Shown here: piece by piece, positions 24,201-33,813 of the stretch
Numbering within the stretch: position 1 is the first letter of the stretch
Layout: each line of letters starts with the position of its first letter
DNA from: Gammaproteobacteria bacterium
GTDB taxonomy: Bacteria > Pseudomonadota > Gammaproteobacteria > Eutrophobiales > Eutrophobiaceae
Direction: 5' to 3'
Length of the DNA: 64,000 nucleotides
Assembly (NCBI GenBank): GCA_963422205.2
Contig: CAXMWX010000005.1
Span: 736,001-800,000 of the forward strand
Notes under the pieces: model-generated
Database searches by the model: none
Told to the model about the DNA's origin: nothing
What the model saw: only the letters and a program-made list of their open reading frames with translations
Position numbers and translations under genes: made by a program

Positions 24201-26777
24201 CACTATGGCCAAACTTTTGTGATTCATAATCATTTATTATAGAAAATCGCCATATTATAAAAATTTCACTCAGCGCAACAAAATCATCAAATTAAACCAA
24301 ACTATTTCTTGCCCTAATCTTTGTCCAATTAAAGACAAAGAGTTGGTATTTTTGATAAAATACAGTAAATAAAAAAACCTAACACATGAAATAACTGCAA
24401 CAAAACGTTTGGCAGATGACAACTCTACGACCACTTAACAGATACAAGAGCAAAAGTTTAAAATTTCCTTACTCTTAATTTTGAAAAGATTGCACCCGAT
24501 GTCATATGAAGTATGTCCCAGTGATTGGTTGACGTCAAGATGCGTGACATTGAAAAAGCATTCATTGGACCAATCAAAAACGGAAGATGACCCCTTTTGC
24601 GAGACTCAACAGCAGCGATTAAAGCCAGTCTAAAAACATAAATACTCATGAAATAGAGCCTCCAAGAATCCCGATCCTCTTCGACGAAAGGTAGATGCTC
24701 TAGTGGAAATGCTAAGGCAAGAACAACTAATGTCTTCAACGTAATTTTGGCATTCAGTTCTGGAACGGCCTTGAGGCTTTTAACAAACAGATGCATGTGG
24801 CTGTTCTTTTCTGGAAAATTCGTGCCGCAGTTGCGATCTTTTTATTCGAAGAAGCAACGATTCGATGTTTAGGAAATCACTAATACTGTATCTCCACTTT
24901 TGTCCTCGTAGACTATGCGATTGGTTCAATCGCATACTTCAATGCAAAATAATATGACTCTTTCAAGCCATAAATTTAAATAGAAAAAACAGGCTTAAGT
25001 TTTGCTGTTACATTCATCAAACTTTACAAACAAGCTGCTTAATTATTAGACTTTAAAAATAGTATAGTATTATTTTCGGGTTGATACTCATTTCATTATT
25101 ACTTTTTGCAACAACAAAAAAAAAACAAACAAGCTGTTTTGCCAAAAAAATGTAAACAAATCTTCGAGTTTGTATTACAATTGATTAATTTACTGTAAAC
25201 TAAAAGTTACGGAAGTATCTATTGCACTTATAAGAACCCATGGCAAAACACGAAAGATCAATAAATGGCAAATAACGGAAACTTTAAACTTGATTTCATG
25301 AGCACTTGACTTGTCAAATAAAAAAGAAATCAAATTTTTATCTTACTCGCGGCATTACGCCGAGCCTGCATTACGCCGAGTGGCGGGGCCCATCTCCGCC
25401 CATTAGCGAAGGGCAGGGGTCGGCAACGTTTTTCGCACAGCGGACCGGTTTGAACTGAATTTTTTTGCGGACTGGCCTTTGAAAAATCACAAATGTTTCA
25501 GCAATAAAGCAGCTTGTATTTATCCAAAACTGAAAACTTTGATCTTGTTTTACTCGAACTAAAGTATTCAACTTTTGAAATTTTGCTGCAACAGCTTTTC
25601 TTCAATTCTTTATTAATAGTACAGCTTCTCAAACCTGATTTGTAACGTCTGTCTCTTAACTATCTTATTTAGCCTAACACTATTTGATTTACACAAGATT
25701 TACGATAAAATGACAACATAATCAAATGTTCGCTGTTAAATTAAAATGTATGCTTTTGTAATTTGGTTAATTTTATGATATTCAGAAAATTTGCAATACA
25801 TACTGAGTCACCAAAATCGAGCTATTAAATATAGGTCTATTTTTAAAAACGTCCAAAAATTGCATTTAACGTTATAAAAATGTGTTAAGTTCAAATCTTT
25901 TAATCTGAAAAGGAATACGGACCGGTAACAAACTTCACAAGGACTGGTACTAGGCCGCGACCCGGTGGTTGCCGACCACCGGCGTAGGAGCAACAAACAA
26001 ACGTGGCAGCGGAGGCGAGCCGTTTGCGACAGTTTCCGACTTGACCGCACAGCGATGTCTTTATCCTCTACGACGACTTGACTTTCAATGTATGAAATTA
26101 ATATTGTATTGTTTCTGTGACAGAGATTGTTTGAGTTTTCACTTAACCCAACTAGGAGAAGCTCAGTCTTCTTGAAACCAAGCGGACACTTATACGGTAC
26201 ACCAAATTCCGGTTGAATTCACACTGCTTTGACAAATGACATAACTTTTTACAATATAAACAGTTCGCGTGCTTTACTTTGAATAAAATTACCTGGTGGA
26301 AACTTTGCCTTTGTTATCGCTTGAATCGTAATAATGCAAATTTATGTGATGTCCATCCAATAAGTTCTTCGTTTTTTTAATTGTTTCTAATGCAATATCC
26401 AGAGATGGTTTCACAAACACGTAGGACCAGGGATAAGTATAATATAAATTGATGTCATGAATGCATATAATATTTGGTTCGTTAGTAGTGGCACTGATAC
26501 AATTTTCATTTACTCGGTCTCCATTAAATTCAAAATAAGACGAACCGGAATAATCAGCGCTATACCCAGAATCGAAAGCAGACTCATTCTCAACTGAATT
26601 GTCATACTCAAATGTGTCTATGTTTTCGGTTGTTCTTTGGTTTGTTTCTTCACGCACTGAGTCTACCTGCATAGCCAATTCTTTGAATGCTTTTATACCA
26701 GGAACCATAATCGTAATATCGATGAAATTCGATTCCGCAACCCCGCATAAAAATAAGAAGTTTAGTATCAAAAACAT
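90..26777 (-). CDS. Receptor (transmembrane) guanylyl cyclase, natriuretic peptide receptor NPR1/NPR2-like; 21 exons, 3' end continues beyond position 1
   Basis: Hand-spliced join in transcript order: 26293-26777, 24473-24629, 23288-23436, 21900-22039, 20501-20661, 14976-15085, 11280-11388, 10357-10519, 10059-10139, 9391-9525, 8893-8977, 7953-8235, 7770-7841, 6530-6607, 5663-5840, 4520-4678, 2629-2784, 2392-2560, 1619-1765, 413-605, 90-264 (3385 nt). All junctions are GT-AG except one GC-AG, phases match and there are no stops. Domains in order: signal peptide, ANF-receptor ectodomain ([41 protein letters not shown]), TM helix, kinase-homology domain ([23 protein letters not shown]), helical linker ([16 protein letters not shown]), cyclase domain ([17 protein letters not shown]). 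Confidence 0.95.
413..605 (-). CDS. Guanylyl cyclase exon 20 (cyclase domain start)
   Basis: [35 protein letters not shown]. Confidence 0.95.
1619..1765 (-). CDS. Guanylyl cyclase exon 19 (helical dimerisation linker)
   Basis: [44 protein letters not shown]. Confidence 0.95.
2392..2560 (-). CDS. Guanylyl cyclase exon 18
   Basis: [21 protein letters not shown]. Confidence 0.93.
2629..2784 (-). CDS. Guanylyl cyclase exon 17
   Basis: [31 protein letters not shown]. Confidence 0.95.
2973..4331. mobile_element. hAT-type non-autonomous composite element
   Basis: Ends CAAGGGCGTTGAA / TTCAACGCCTCTG; perfect 8-bp TSD GTTACACC at 2965-72 and 4332-39. Contains a nested CAGTGGCGTAGCGA MITE (3385-4033) and a SINE tail. 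Confidence 0.8.
4520..4678 (-). CDS. Guanylyl cyclase exon 16
   Basis: [30 protein letters not shown]; donor inferred at GAAA|GTGATT from phase. Confidence 0.9.
5235..5295 (+). mobile_element. Tiny remnant of a LINE ORF2 C-terminal zinc knuckle
   Basis: Translates as [18 protein letters not shown], a CCHC knuckle typical of I-group LINE ORF2 ends. Confidence 0.45.
5663..5840 (-). CDS. Guanylyl cyclase exon 15
   Basis: [37 protein letters not shown]. Confidence 0.95.
6530..6607 (-). CDS. Guanylyl cyclase exon 14
   Basis: [26 protein letters not shown]; GTAAGT donor. Confidence 0.92.
6893..7190 (-). mobile_element. tRNA-derived SINE, family A
   Basis: Head GATGGCCGAGTGGTAAGAGC (A box) with a B-box-like segment, core ACAGCTTCCCTGCTTGACGTTCAG, tail CGCTTTCTCGTGATAGTAGGATAAATATGCAA; homologous to 49764-50072. 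Confidence 0.85.
7440..7708. mobile_element. hAT-type MITE
   Basis: CAGGAGCGTAGCCAG / CTGGCTACGCCACTG; perfect TSD AAAATGCC. Confidence 0.85.
7770..7841 (-). CDS. Guanylyl cyclase exon 13 (GC donor)
   Basis: [24 protein letters not shown]; TTTGCAG acceptor, AAG|GCAAGT donor. Confidence 0.82.
7953..8235 (-). CDS. Guanylyl cyclase exon 12 (cytoplasmic juxtamembrane region)
   Basis: [21 protein letters not shown] matches NPR [21 protein letters not shown]. Confidence 0.88.
8430..8596. mobile_element. Internally deleted copy of the CAGGAGCGTATTTA MITE family
   Basis: Both ends match the 12057-12604 copy; TSD ATTATCAC/ATTATTAC. Confidence 0.65.
8893..8977 (-). CDS. Guanylyl cyclase exon 11 (transmembrane helix)
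   Basis: [25 protein letters not shown]; CAG|GTAGGC donor. Confidence 0.9.
9391..9525 (-). CDS. Guanylyl cyclase exon 10 (juxtamembrane Cys pair)
   Basis: [22 protein letters not shown]. Confidence 0.92.
10059..10139 (-). CDS. Guanylyl cyclase exon 9
   Basis: [28 protein letters not shown]. Confidence 0.9.
10357..10519 (-). CDS. Guanylyl cyclase exon 8
   Basis: [24 protein letters not shown]. Confidence 0.9.
10924..11239. mobile_element. hAT (Ac-like) MITE
   Basis: TAGGGATGTGCC / GGCACATCCCTA; perfect TSD GTACTGTT; subterminal CCGAGT/ACTCGG repeats. Confidence 0.9.
11280..11388 (-). CDS. Guanylyl cyclase exon 7
   Basis: Phase 2-to-0 exon needed to link exons 6 and 8; GTAAGT donor; [36 protein letters not shown]. 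Confidence 0.78.
11638..12859. mobile_element. hAT-type element containing a nested MITE
   Basis: CGTTCCCTCTAAG / CTTAGAGAGAACG; TSD GCTACAAC/GTTACAAC. Confidence 0.75.
12057..12604. mobile_element. CAGGAGCGTATTTA..CGCTACGCCACTG MITE family (other copies 3385-4033, 38310-38903, 39001-39909, ~55706-56260, ~60060-60280, 63953-64000)
   Basis: Multi-copy body shared across the window; TSD GTTGTGTG/ATTGTGTG. Confidence 0.85.
13132..14841. mobile_element. hAT-type non-autonomous element with (CGGTA)n/(TACCG)n subterminal repeats
   Basis: CAAAGGGTTACTACGGTACG / CGTACCGTAGTAACTCCTTG; TSD TTCAAAAC/ATCAAAAC. Confidence 0.8.
14976..15085 (-). CDS. Guanylyl cyclase exon 6
   Basis: [21 protein letters not shown]; TTTTAG acceptor, GTACGT donor. 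Confidence 0.85.
15116..15267 (+). repeat. Tandem duplication of an ~68-bp unit with short internal repeats, at a transposon junction
   Basis: ACAAAAAATTCATAAAAATTTGCATTACCAGACCAGACGTCCATTAGCATTAGCATTA occurs twice, followed by CATTAGCATTACCAGACCAGA. Confidence 0.85.
15268..17183. mobile_element. hAT (Blackjack-like) non-autonomous element with nested RTE fragment and MITE
   Basis: TAGGGTGACCAGACGTCCC / TCTGGTCAGCCTA; flanks TTACCAGA (15255-62) and TTACTAGA (17184-91). Confidence 0.75.
15514..16337 (+). mobile_element. RTE-clade LINE ORF2 fragment, decayed
   Basis: [66 protein letters not shown], with frameshifts. Confidence 0.85.
18252..18475 (+). mobile_element. tRNA-derived SINE, family B, with a doubled head
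   Basis: GTTGGCGTAGTGGTTAG then GTTAGCTCAGTTGTTAAG heads, GGTTCGATT B box, body GTCAAATCGACACAGTGTCGCCAACGGCTCGCCACCGCTGCG. Confidence 0.75.
18822..19040 (-). mobile_element. tRNA-derived SINE, family B (other copies 25325-26050 split, 27302-27525, 37530-37640, 45303-45530, 53245-53465, 53820-54025)
   Basis: Shared body and (ATTTG)n tail. Confidence 0.8.
20501..20661 (-). CDS. Guanylyl cyclase exon 5
   Basis: [25 protein letters not shown]; TTGCAG acceptor, AAG|GTCAGA donor. Confidence 0.85.
21900..22039 (-). CDS. Guanylyl cyclase exon 4
   Basis: [23 protein letters not shown]; TTTACAG acceptor, GTGAGT donor. Confidence 0.88.
23288..23436 (-). CDS. Guanylyl cyclase exon 3
   Basis: [25 protein letters not shown]; CACAG acceptor, GTATGC donor. 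Confidence 0.85.
23467..23692. mobile_element. Foldback MITE with ~73-bp inverted arms
   Basis: 23467-23539 is the near reverse complement of 23620-23692. Confidence 0.8.
24473..24629 (-). CDS. Guanylyl cyclase exon 2
   Basis: [26 protein letters not shown] aligns to NPR FLGPGC..AHWRVPLLTAGA; AG acceptor, GTAAGG donor. Confidence 0.88.
25414..25981. mobile_element. hAT (Charlie-like) MITE inserted into a family B SINE
   Basis: CAGGGGTCGGCAAC / GTTGCCGACCACCG; degenerate TSD GCGAAGGG/GCGTAGGA; SINE sequence resumes on both sides. Confidence 0.7.
26293..26777 (-). CDS. Guanylyl cyclase exon 1 (signal peptide, ectodomain start, large insertion)
   Basis: [16 protein letters not shown] signal-like start; [20 protein letters not shown] matches NPR YPWSWARVGPAVELAL; donor CAG|GTAATT. 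Confidence 0.88.
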
Positions 26778-28931
26778 TTCCCTGCGTCAATTTTTTTCAA
26801 AGGTTGTTTAACTGCTACAATCTAAACATATTAAATTCGCAAGAAAAGATAACCTCTGCTTATAAAATGGAAAAAAAATAACAAAAAAAGATTACTAGTT
26901 AAAAAGCTGAGGTAAATTTGCGTAGATTGTTCTCTAACACCATCTGTTGACGGTTTGCTGCAACTAGAGCTTCGTCGACACAGCAAATACAAACAGGAAT
27001 TATTTTTATTTTTAAATGTCTGATCACTGACAAACCTACGATCAAACACATTTTGAAATCACAGCACTATAGTCTTTTGATACTATGCCAAAAATTTGCT
27101 GATGATAAGCCTCTACGCCAAGCTTCTTCCAAGTTGTTATTTGGCTATTTCCTGCCATGCAGCTGCTCCTAATACGCTTCATCTGTGTTTAAAATCGACT
27201 AGCAAAAACAATTTAATGAAGTCTTTTCAGCTGTGCAACAAACTCTTGACAAGGCCTAACCTTCCACACCCAACTGCCTTCAATTCAGAGTAATGAAGTA
27301 GCGGCCGGTTAGCTCAGTACAGTTGTCAAGCTCATCGCTATCGCCGCGGGAGGATCTGGGGATCGTTTTCCTGGGCGGTCAAATCAGACACGGTGTGAAA
27401 ACGGCTCGCCACCAATGCAATGCTTCTTTGGAGCTGTTTGGCCCAGTCGCTAAGCCACGGAGATGGACCACCACTCATTACTCGTTTCAGCGTAAAACCG
27501 CGTGTATCATAAAGATTTGATTCGTTTTTTATGATAGAATACCGATAGCGATAGCCTACTGCTTTTAATCTATCTGGCAAATGCACAACATAAAGTTCAT
27601 TGCTAGATCGTCAGATGTATCAATCATGGTCAAATGAACTATAAAGCATTCTGGATCAAAGTTGTACTCATTTTATTGCATGTAGTTGCATAATTATCCT
27701 CCTATCACGAGAAAGCGGTCAAAGCTCTGTAACGAGCTAGCTAAGGAGTTGCCGACCATCTGTCTACCACACCAAAATGTTGTGGCGATAACTATTTTAG
27801 GAGATAACAGAGGAGAGAATTTACGGGAATGCACGTTATGACTTAGTCTACAATTCATGTTTTATAAAAAAATAAAAACTACATGACCTGCAATTCCTTG
27901 GTGAAAGGTTGCGCAGGAAAAACATCCAAGAAGTTGCGCGAGAAAAATCGAACTAAAACTGCGACCAATTTTGCCAAAATATATCCAATATTGCAGCTTT
28001 GAAATCACGAAAAGGTTGAAAGAAGAAAGCGAAGTTGGGGTTAAGGTAGGCTAAACAGGTTTTTGAAAACGAATAGTAATTAAAACATGTCACCCAAAAC
28101 TAACATTTTATATTTCAATCACGATGCTTTGCAGCAACCTTGATTTAAACTGGTCAACGATTTAATTTTAACTATTGGCTATAACAAAACGATACCAACA
28201 ATGTACATGCAAAAATAAGGTATTACAAGTTACTTCATGCATTAATTTTCTTTAATTGAAGGTTGTCTTGAGTATAGCGTTTTAAGTTAATCAAATTTAA
28301 AATTTAAGAAACAACAGCCAAGCAATACAAATCTTCATCAATGGAAGGCTTTCTTCATTTTTCATTTCTTTATTTATTTCCGAAGTAGCGAACATCCAAA
28401 CGTCTGTTTCCAACTTCGGCTGGTAGGACGCACGTCGGGTGTCACCAGGGGCGGATTAAGAAATCGCGGGGCCCGGGGCAAATAAGAGTTCGCGGTCCCT
28501 AAATTATAAAAAAAGAAACCAACTAATAGCCTATCCTTTTGGATATTAAAGTTTATTGACATCACAATCAACCAGAAATTTTATAAAATTTGTCATACTC
28601 AGGTTGGGTCGTGCTTAAAAAGATACTAATGTTGACAATAAACTTTTATTTCTGCTATGAATTCAGATCGAAGAGGTTGAATCCAATTTGCTATTTTGAT
28701 TTAAAAGCTGTGAAATGTTTTAATTTTGTTGAAAATTTACTTACAAAATTAATTTTTTTATAAGATCAAGCTATACCATAAAGTTTTTGCACTGTTTCAT
28801 TAAAGGGGCATATATAAACAACACAAAAAATATAAATTATGCAAAGCACAAGATTCAAATAAAATGCAAAATTTCAAGAACTTTTCAACATACACAACCC
28901 TAATAGGCTATCACAGCATCACAGAAATATC

Positions 28932-29240
28932 TTAGTTGTGAATGTGACTCATGCATGTCCCTCCTTATTTTCTTTACCTAACCCGTATTAACCAAAAGGG
29001 GGCAGACACACTCTTCCCCAGGCGAGGATGTAAGAAACCCAAACATTTGATGCATAAATTTACTCAGCACATTTACTGGTATTTTGCACTGGTTGTGCTG
29101 AGTAAATTTATGCATGAATTTTTCGGGTTTCTTACATCCTCGCCTGGGGAAGAGTGGTTCTGCCCCCTTTTGGTTAATACGGGTTAGGTAAAGAAAATAA
29201 GGTGGGACATGCATAGGGCCTAAGTCACATTCACAACTAA
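28932..29240. mobile_element. Foldback (MULE-like) MITE forming a near-perfect ~140-bp-arm hairpin
   Basis: Arms are complementary around a ~22-nt loop near 29071-29092; flanks CAGAAATATC / CAGAAAATAT resemble a 9-10 bp TSD. Confidence 0.8.
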
Positions 29241-29794
29241 CAGAAAATATAATAAACAACACAGAGAGTACAACGCTAAGGCTAGTTGCTCTGCTGGCTT
29301 CTACGGCTTGGCTGTCATACTGTAGCTCAAAGATTGAATGGATGTAGGATCAGCTAACTGCTCGTTTACATATTAGAAAGGAACCGACTTATTTTTTGCT
29401 TGCACTTGTTTTCAACTTTTTGTGATTTCGCCTCTCTTTCCTCTTTTCTGTTACGTGTTTGACTTCCACTCTCATATTTTTTACCTAAGTCTCGAATTCT
29501 TTCAGTAACAAGCACTTTTAAATATGAAACACTTTGAAGTGGTCTCGGAAACTCAACTATCTTTATCTCCTTAAATTAACTAAAAATATTACTGTAAGTG
29601 TAAGTACCCATAAGTTTTTGTAATTCCAAAATTTGGCTAATTTTCGGCCAAGTTCAACAGCTCAGATGGCCGAGTGGTAAGAGCGTCCGCCTCGGAAGCT
29701 GTAGACTTCGGTTTGAATCCGAGTCGGGTCAAACCAATAAATTTAAAATTAGTATTCACAGCTTCCTTGCTTAACACTCAGCATTGAAGGGACA

Positions 29795-32116
29795 AATTCA
29801 AAATCAAAATTTATTATATGTTGTCAATCATGACGCTTGAAAAAAAAAATGCAACACCAAATAGCTAACAACAATCAACAACAGGCAACTGCGTAGAGAC
29901 CATAGTGGTGTTGGAGTCAAGCAGCAGCCTACTGGAAATTACAGTAATCTCCCGGTTAAGTTCGCAACCGTTTAAGTTCACATCCCTATTAAGTTCGCAA
30001 AAAATTGTCGAAAAATCAAGATTCAACTTTTGACAGAAATGTATTGATGTTTACAGCAAAACAAACACGTCGTGAAAAAGTTAGCAGTTTAAACAAGTCA
30101 TGAACCATCAGCTGATGCACGCTGCTGTCTTACTTGTTCTTCGTTTCCAAGACCACTTGCCTCAATTTTCGCTGAAAAAATTCAAATGAATTTTTCAGTT
30201 TGTTATGATCAATTCCTGCTTCATCTTGCACGTCGGGGCACAACAACTGATCCTCTACTTCAAGGACTTTATTTTTTTCTCGAAACAGTAGGTTCATGCT
30301 CTATGCCCTAAGCCCAAGGGTCGGAGTCTCCGTCAGCGCTGACACATGCCTTATGTTACGTAATAATGCACTTTGTACTAACTAACCATAGCCTAATTGT
30401 TATGTTCGCACCTACCGCATAAGTTCGCACGAACCGTTCAGATTCAAGTTGCGAACTTAACCGGGAGATTACTGTCCGTCTATAGCTAAAAGTCAGGTGT
30501 CGCATTGAAAAAGGAGTCCAAATTTTATGCAAATCGAATAGTATTGAGTGTCCATTTGTTCAACTACGTTCCTAATTCAAAACAATAAAATTTAGTTGGA
30601 AGATATTTATTTAAATGTAACTTTTTATAAGTTATTCTGATTTAAATTTTTTAAAAGGTAATTATTTAAACGGTTGTGGTATTTCATTTCATATTTTAGC
30701 CTCAATATCTTCAAAAGATTTTTGTGATCTCCTTGTAGAATATCTAGGTATGGCAATTGCCTTCGACGAATGATTACGGGTGGAGCGAGTGTGAACGTTA
30801 GACACATAAGTAAAGTAATAACTAAAGTGTGTTTGCAACATTTTGTGAACATGCTGATACACGAGTTCTGCTATTTCATGCTGATATAGATCATCTAGCT
30901 TGAGTATTTTTAGGTCATAATATTGCGGAGAAATTGGTTTAAAATTACTCGTTTTTGTCATATAATTCTCATACCTTTGTTTTTGAACATCTTTAATTTA
31001 TGAATATAGGAGACACAAGTTGACGCCCAAGAAGGTAAAACATAAAGAAAATGGATAGACACAAGGGAACAGTAAAGGATTGTCAGAGTTTTAGTTGGAA
31101 GATACCTTGACAATCTTACTATTACACGTTACATCTATAGAGCGAGAAATTTTAGATCTTAGGTTGGTGATATGCTCATTGAATTTCAAGGTATTGTCAA
31201 TTAATATTTCTAGATATTTAACTGATTTCGAGGGTTCTGTTTTATCTTCATTAAATGTGAAGGATATAAGAGGAGGAGTTTTGTAAATGTACGGAGATAT
31301 TAATAATGATTTTGTTTTAGATGGGTTTACGGTCAGTGAGTTTGACGCCATCCATTCAGAAACTGTAGAGAGCTCGGAGTTAGTGGCTTTTTGAAGTATT
31401 CGTGTACTACTGGAGGTTATATTTAATGCTGTATCTTCGTCTGCAAAGAATCTTGGAGTAGGTACTAAACCATTAGGCGTATTCAATCGTTTAAAGTAGT
31501 AGAAGTTATATCATTTAAAGAAACAGATTGTTTCCTTTCAGTTAAATAATTTTTTAGTAAATGATTTGCAATGCTTCTAATACCGTCATGATGTAATTTT
31601 AAGGCAACTTTTTGTGACACACAATATCGAAAGCCTTTTTGATATCTAAAAACATAAAGAGATCGGTAAATTTTTTCTCTTCAACTGCGTCAAACCATGT
31701 AGTTATTAAATCAATTATAGGGTGAATGGTTGAGTGCCCTCGACAAAATCCAAATTGCACAGGAACCAGAATTGTGTGAGTGTCCACAAAAGACACAAGG
31801 CGTTTCAACAAAAGCTTCTCAAAAATTTCAGACAAGAATGTAAGTAAAGAAATGGGCCTGTAGTTTCCAATTTTATCAGTTGGACCGCTTATATAAATTG
31901 GTATGACTTTGGCAATTTTTAGTTCTTGAGGTAAGACTCCAAGAGATAGGCAGTGAATAATGATAAATGAGAGAGCAGGTGCCAAAACGTTGGATGAAAA
32001 TTGCAGAAAGTACGGTGAAATATCATCAACGCCAGCAGCTTTCTAGGAATTTGAAAAATTAATCATAAGAGCAATTTCAAAAGGAGTAATAGGAACCAGA
32101 AAAACAGAGGCTGGAC
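29795..32116 (-). mobile_element. 5'-truncated CR1-group (Crack/Daphne-like) LINE, decayed reverse transcriptase
   Basis: LKIAKVIPIY..NYRPISLL, QFGF..HST, FLDIKKAFD, RFFADEDT, WMASNSLTVNPSKT, KYLEILID, LKILKLDDLY, HTRSTR. Confidence 0.85.
29942..30474. mobile_element. pogo/Tigger-type MITE
   Basis: Perfect 27-bp TIR CAGTAATCTCCCGGTTAAGTTCGCAAC; left flank TA. Confidence 0.88.
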
Positions 32117-33813
32117 CGTTGGGAAAGGTACTAGGTGGGATTCCCCCATGTTGGTGTGGTAGACAGATGGCTGGCAACTCCTAAGCGAGCTCGTTATAGC
32201 GCATTAATTGCTTTCTCGCGATAGGAGGATAAATATGCAACTAAATACAAAAGTGCGAGGATCCGACAACCCGAATTCTTTACAGTTATCAGTGTAATTT
32301 TGTACTATCGTGCTGTATTGTCAGTAGCTTACCAAGTTTCCAGCGACTTTAGATATAGCTTGTAGTGAAATAGCTTTATGATTTATTCAGCGTTTTTTGA
32401 ATAGCTTGTAAATTTAAACAAATTTAGATATGTCAGCAGTCTGCACTCTGCTAGATGTAGGCCAGAAGGCCTAAGATTTTTTTTAAAATTTGACAGTCCT
32501 TCGCAGCCACTAATGTAAATGCAACTATACCAGTCTGTACCGGGACATTGTTGTCTCTTCGTAATTAGAAGTTTGTTCCAAATGTTTTTTTGTATAGGTT
32601 ATTACTGCACCGGTAGGTAAATATTTTGATTTCGTAGTTCAAAGTTTGCTAGTAATGTAGGTTATAGGGCTTTAAATTTATTTCAATTCAATAGTTAATA
32701 GCGCTAGAAATTAGTAAATGCTCGGGGCCCCCGAAAGTGCGCGGCCCGGGGCAACTGCCCAGTTTGCCCATTGCTAAACCGGCTCTGGGTGTCACCAAAA
32801 TAATGTAGCAGTAGCCTACGCAATCTGACTCCAATTGATATAGATCTCAGAACTTTATCTATTCAAGTGATACAGCACAACGCAGCAAGGACATCGTGAA
32901 ACAGAATTCCACTGTGTGTGTTCTCGATGACAGAATAAAAAGTACTAGGCTATATTTATAGCATGCTGTTTCCTGCTTGCTCACGGGAACAGGAGAGTGC
33001 GAAATTTAATGAATCATAATTTAAGCAGGAGTAGGGTAAGGACAAGCTGTTTGAGCCAGTGTTTAGTTTAAGCCACCTCACGTAATTCGAGATTTTGTGA
33101 CGTAACAAGTTTAATCTCAATACCAAACACATCATTAGCTAACTTAACTTAATATTGCTACAAATAAGCAACATTTGTAATGAAAATCATAAAAAAAATT
33201 ATATTTTTGGTTTTTCGTGTTAGTTTTTGTCAAAAATTCGTGAGGGTTGAAAAAGTTTTGAAAGTAGCCACACGTTGAGCAAATCTTTAAAGAGGAGGGA
33301 ATTGACGTTAGCTTGATATTGCCAAAAGATACTGCGTGCAGGAGCATGGAGTTTTGAGCACGAGGCATTGTTTTAGATAATAGCGGGTCGGGGCATTTTG
33401 GGCTATCAAGCGTTTTACATAATAAGCCACTAGCTCAAATTACCCCTACCACTTGCTCATAAAGAACTTGCGCGAAATAAACTTCATCATTAATATTGGC
33501 TGTATAAGGCAATATACACTTGTAAACAGGGGCGTACGCAGAAAGTTCCTACGGGGGGTGCGTAAAGGAGCTTTTTCACATTACGAAACAATTTTTCTAG
33601 GATAATCTGAGCGATAACCTCTTTTAAGGTTTATCGGAGGCTGCCTAAAGGGGGACCGCACATAGGCGTCCCCTACGTGCGTCACTGCTTGTAACGAAGA
33701 TGACAACCTACGTTTTATACGAAATAAGTTTTTTTTTAAGCCTAAAAAGTTAATATTGCTCTTGCAAATGTGAAAAAATGGGCCGTGAACGCAAGAGAAG
33801 CCGTGGGTATAAT

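Larger units (their letters stand above)
29656..32251 (+). mobile_element. Family A SINE split by a LINE (halves 29656-29793 and 32117-32251)
   Basis: Head and core stop at CAGCATTGAAGGGACA; the body resumes at CCGTTGGGAAAGG and runs to the tail. Confidence 0.8.
28446..32787. mobile_element. hAT-type non-autonomous element hosting nested insertions
   Basis: CAGGGGCGGATTAAG / CTAAACCGGCTCTG; perfect TSD GGTGTCAC at 28438-45 and 32788-95. Confidence 0.8.

Noticed and set aside
26289-26777. 162-aa ORF as a standalone secreted protein or natriuretic-like peptide precursor
   Set aside because: A donor precedes the stop and joins exon 2 in frame. The Cys loop has 11 inner residues rather than 15 and lacks the CFG..DRI motif.
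28951-29262. Two mirror-image ORFs (MHVPPYFLYL) as a sense/antisense gene pair
   Set aside because: An artefact of the inverted repeat.
29656-29735. tRNA genes here and at 7120-7190, 18252, 27302, 41283 and 49764
   Set aside because: A and B boxes are present, but each runs into a shared SINE body and lacks a clean cloverleaf.
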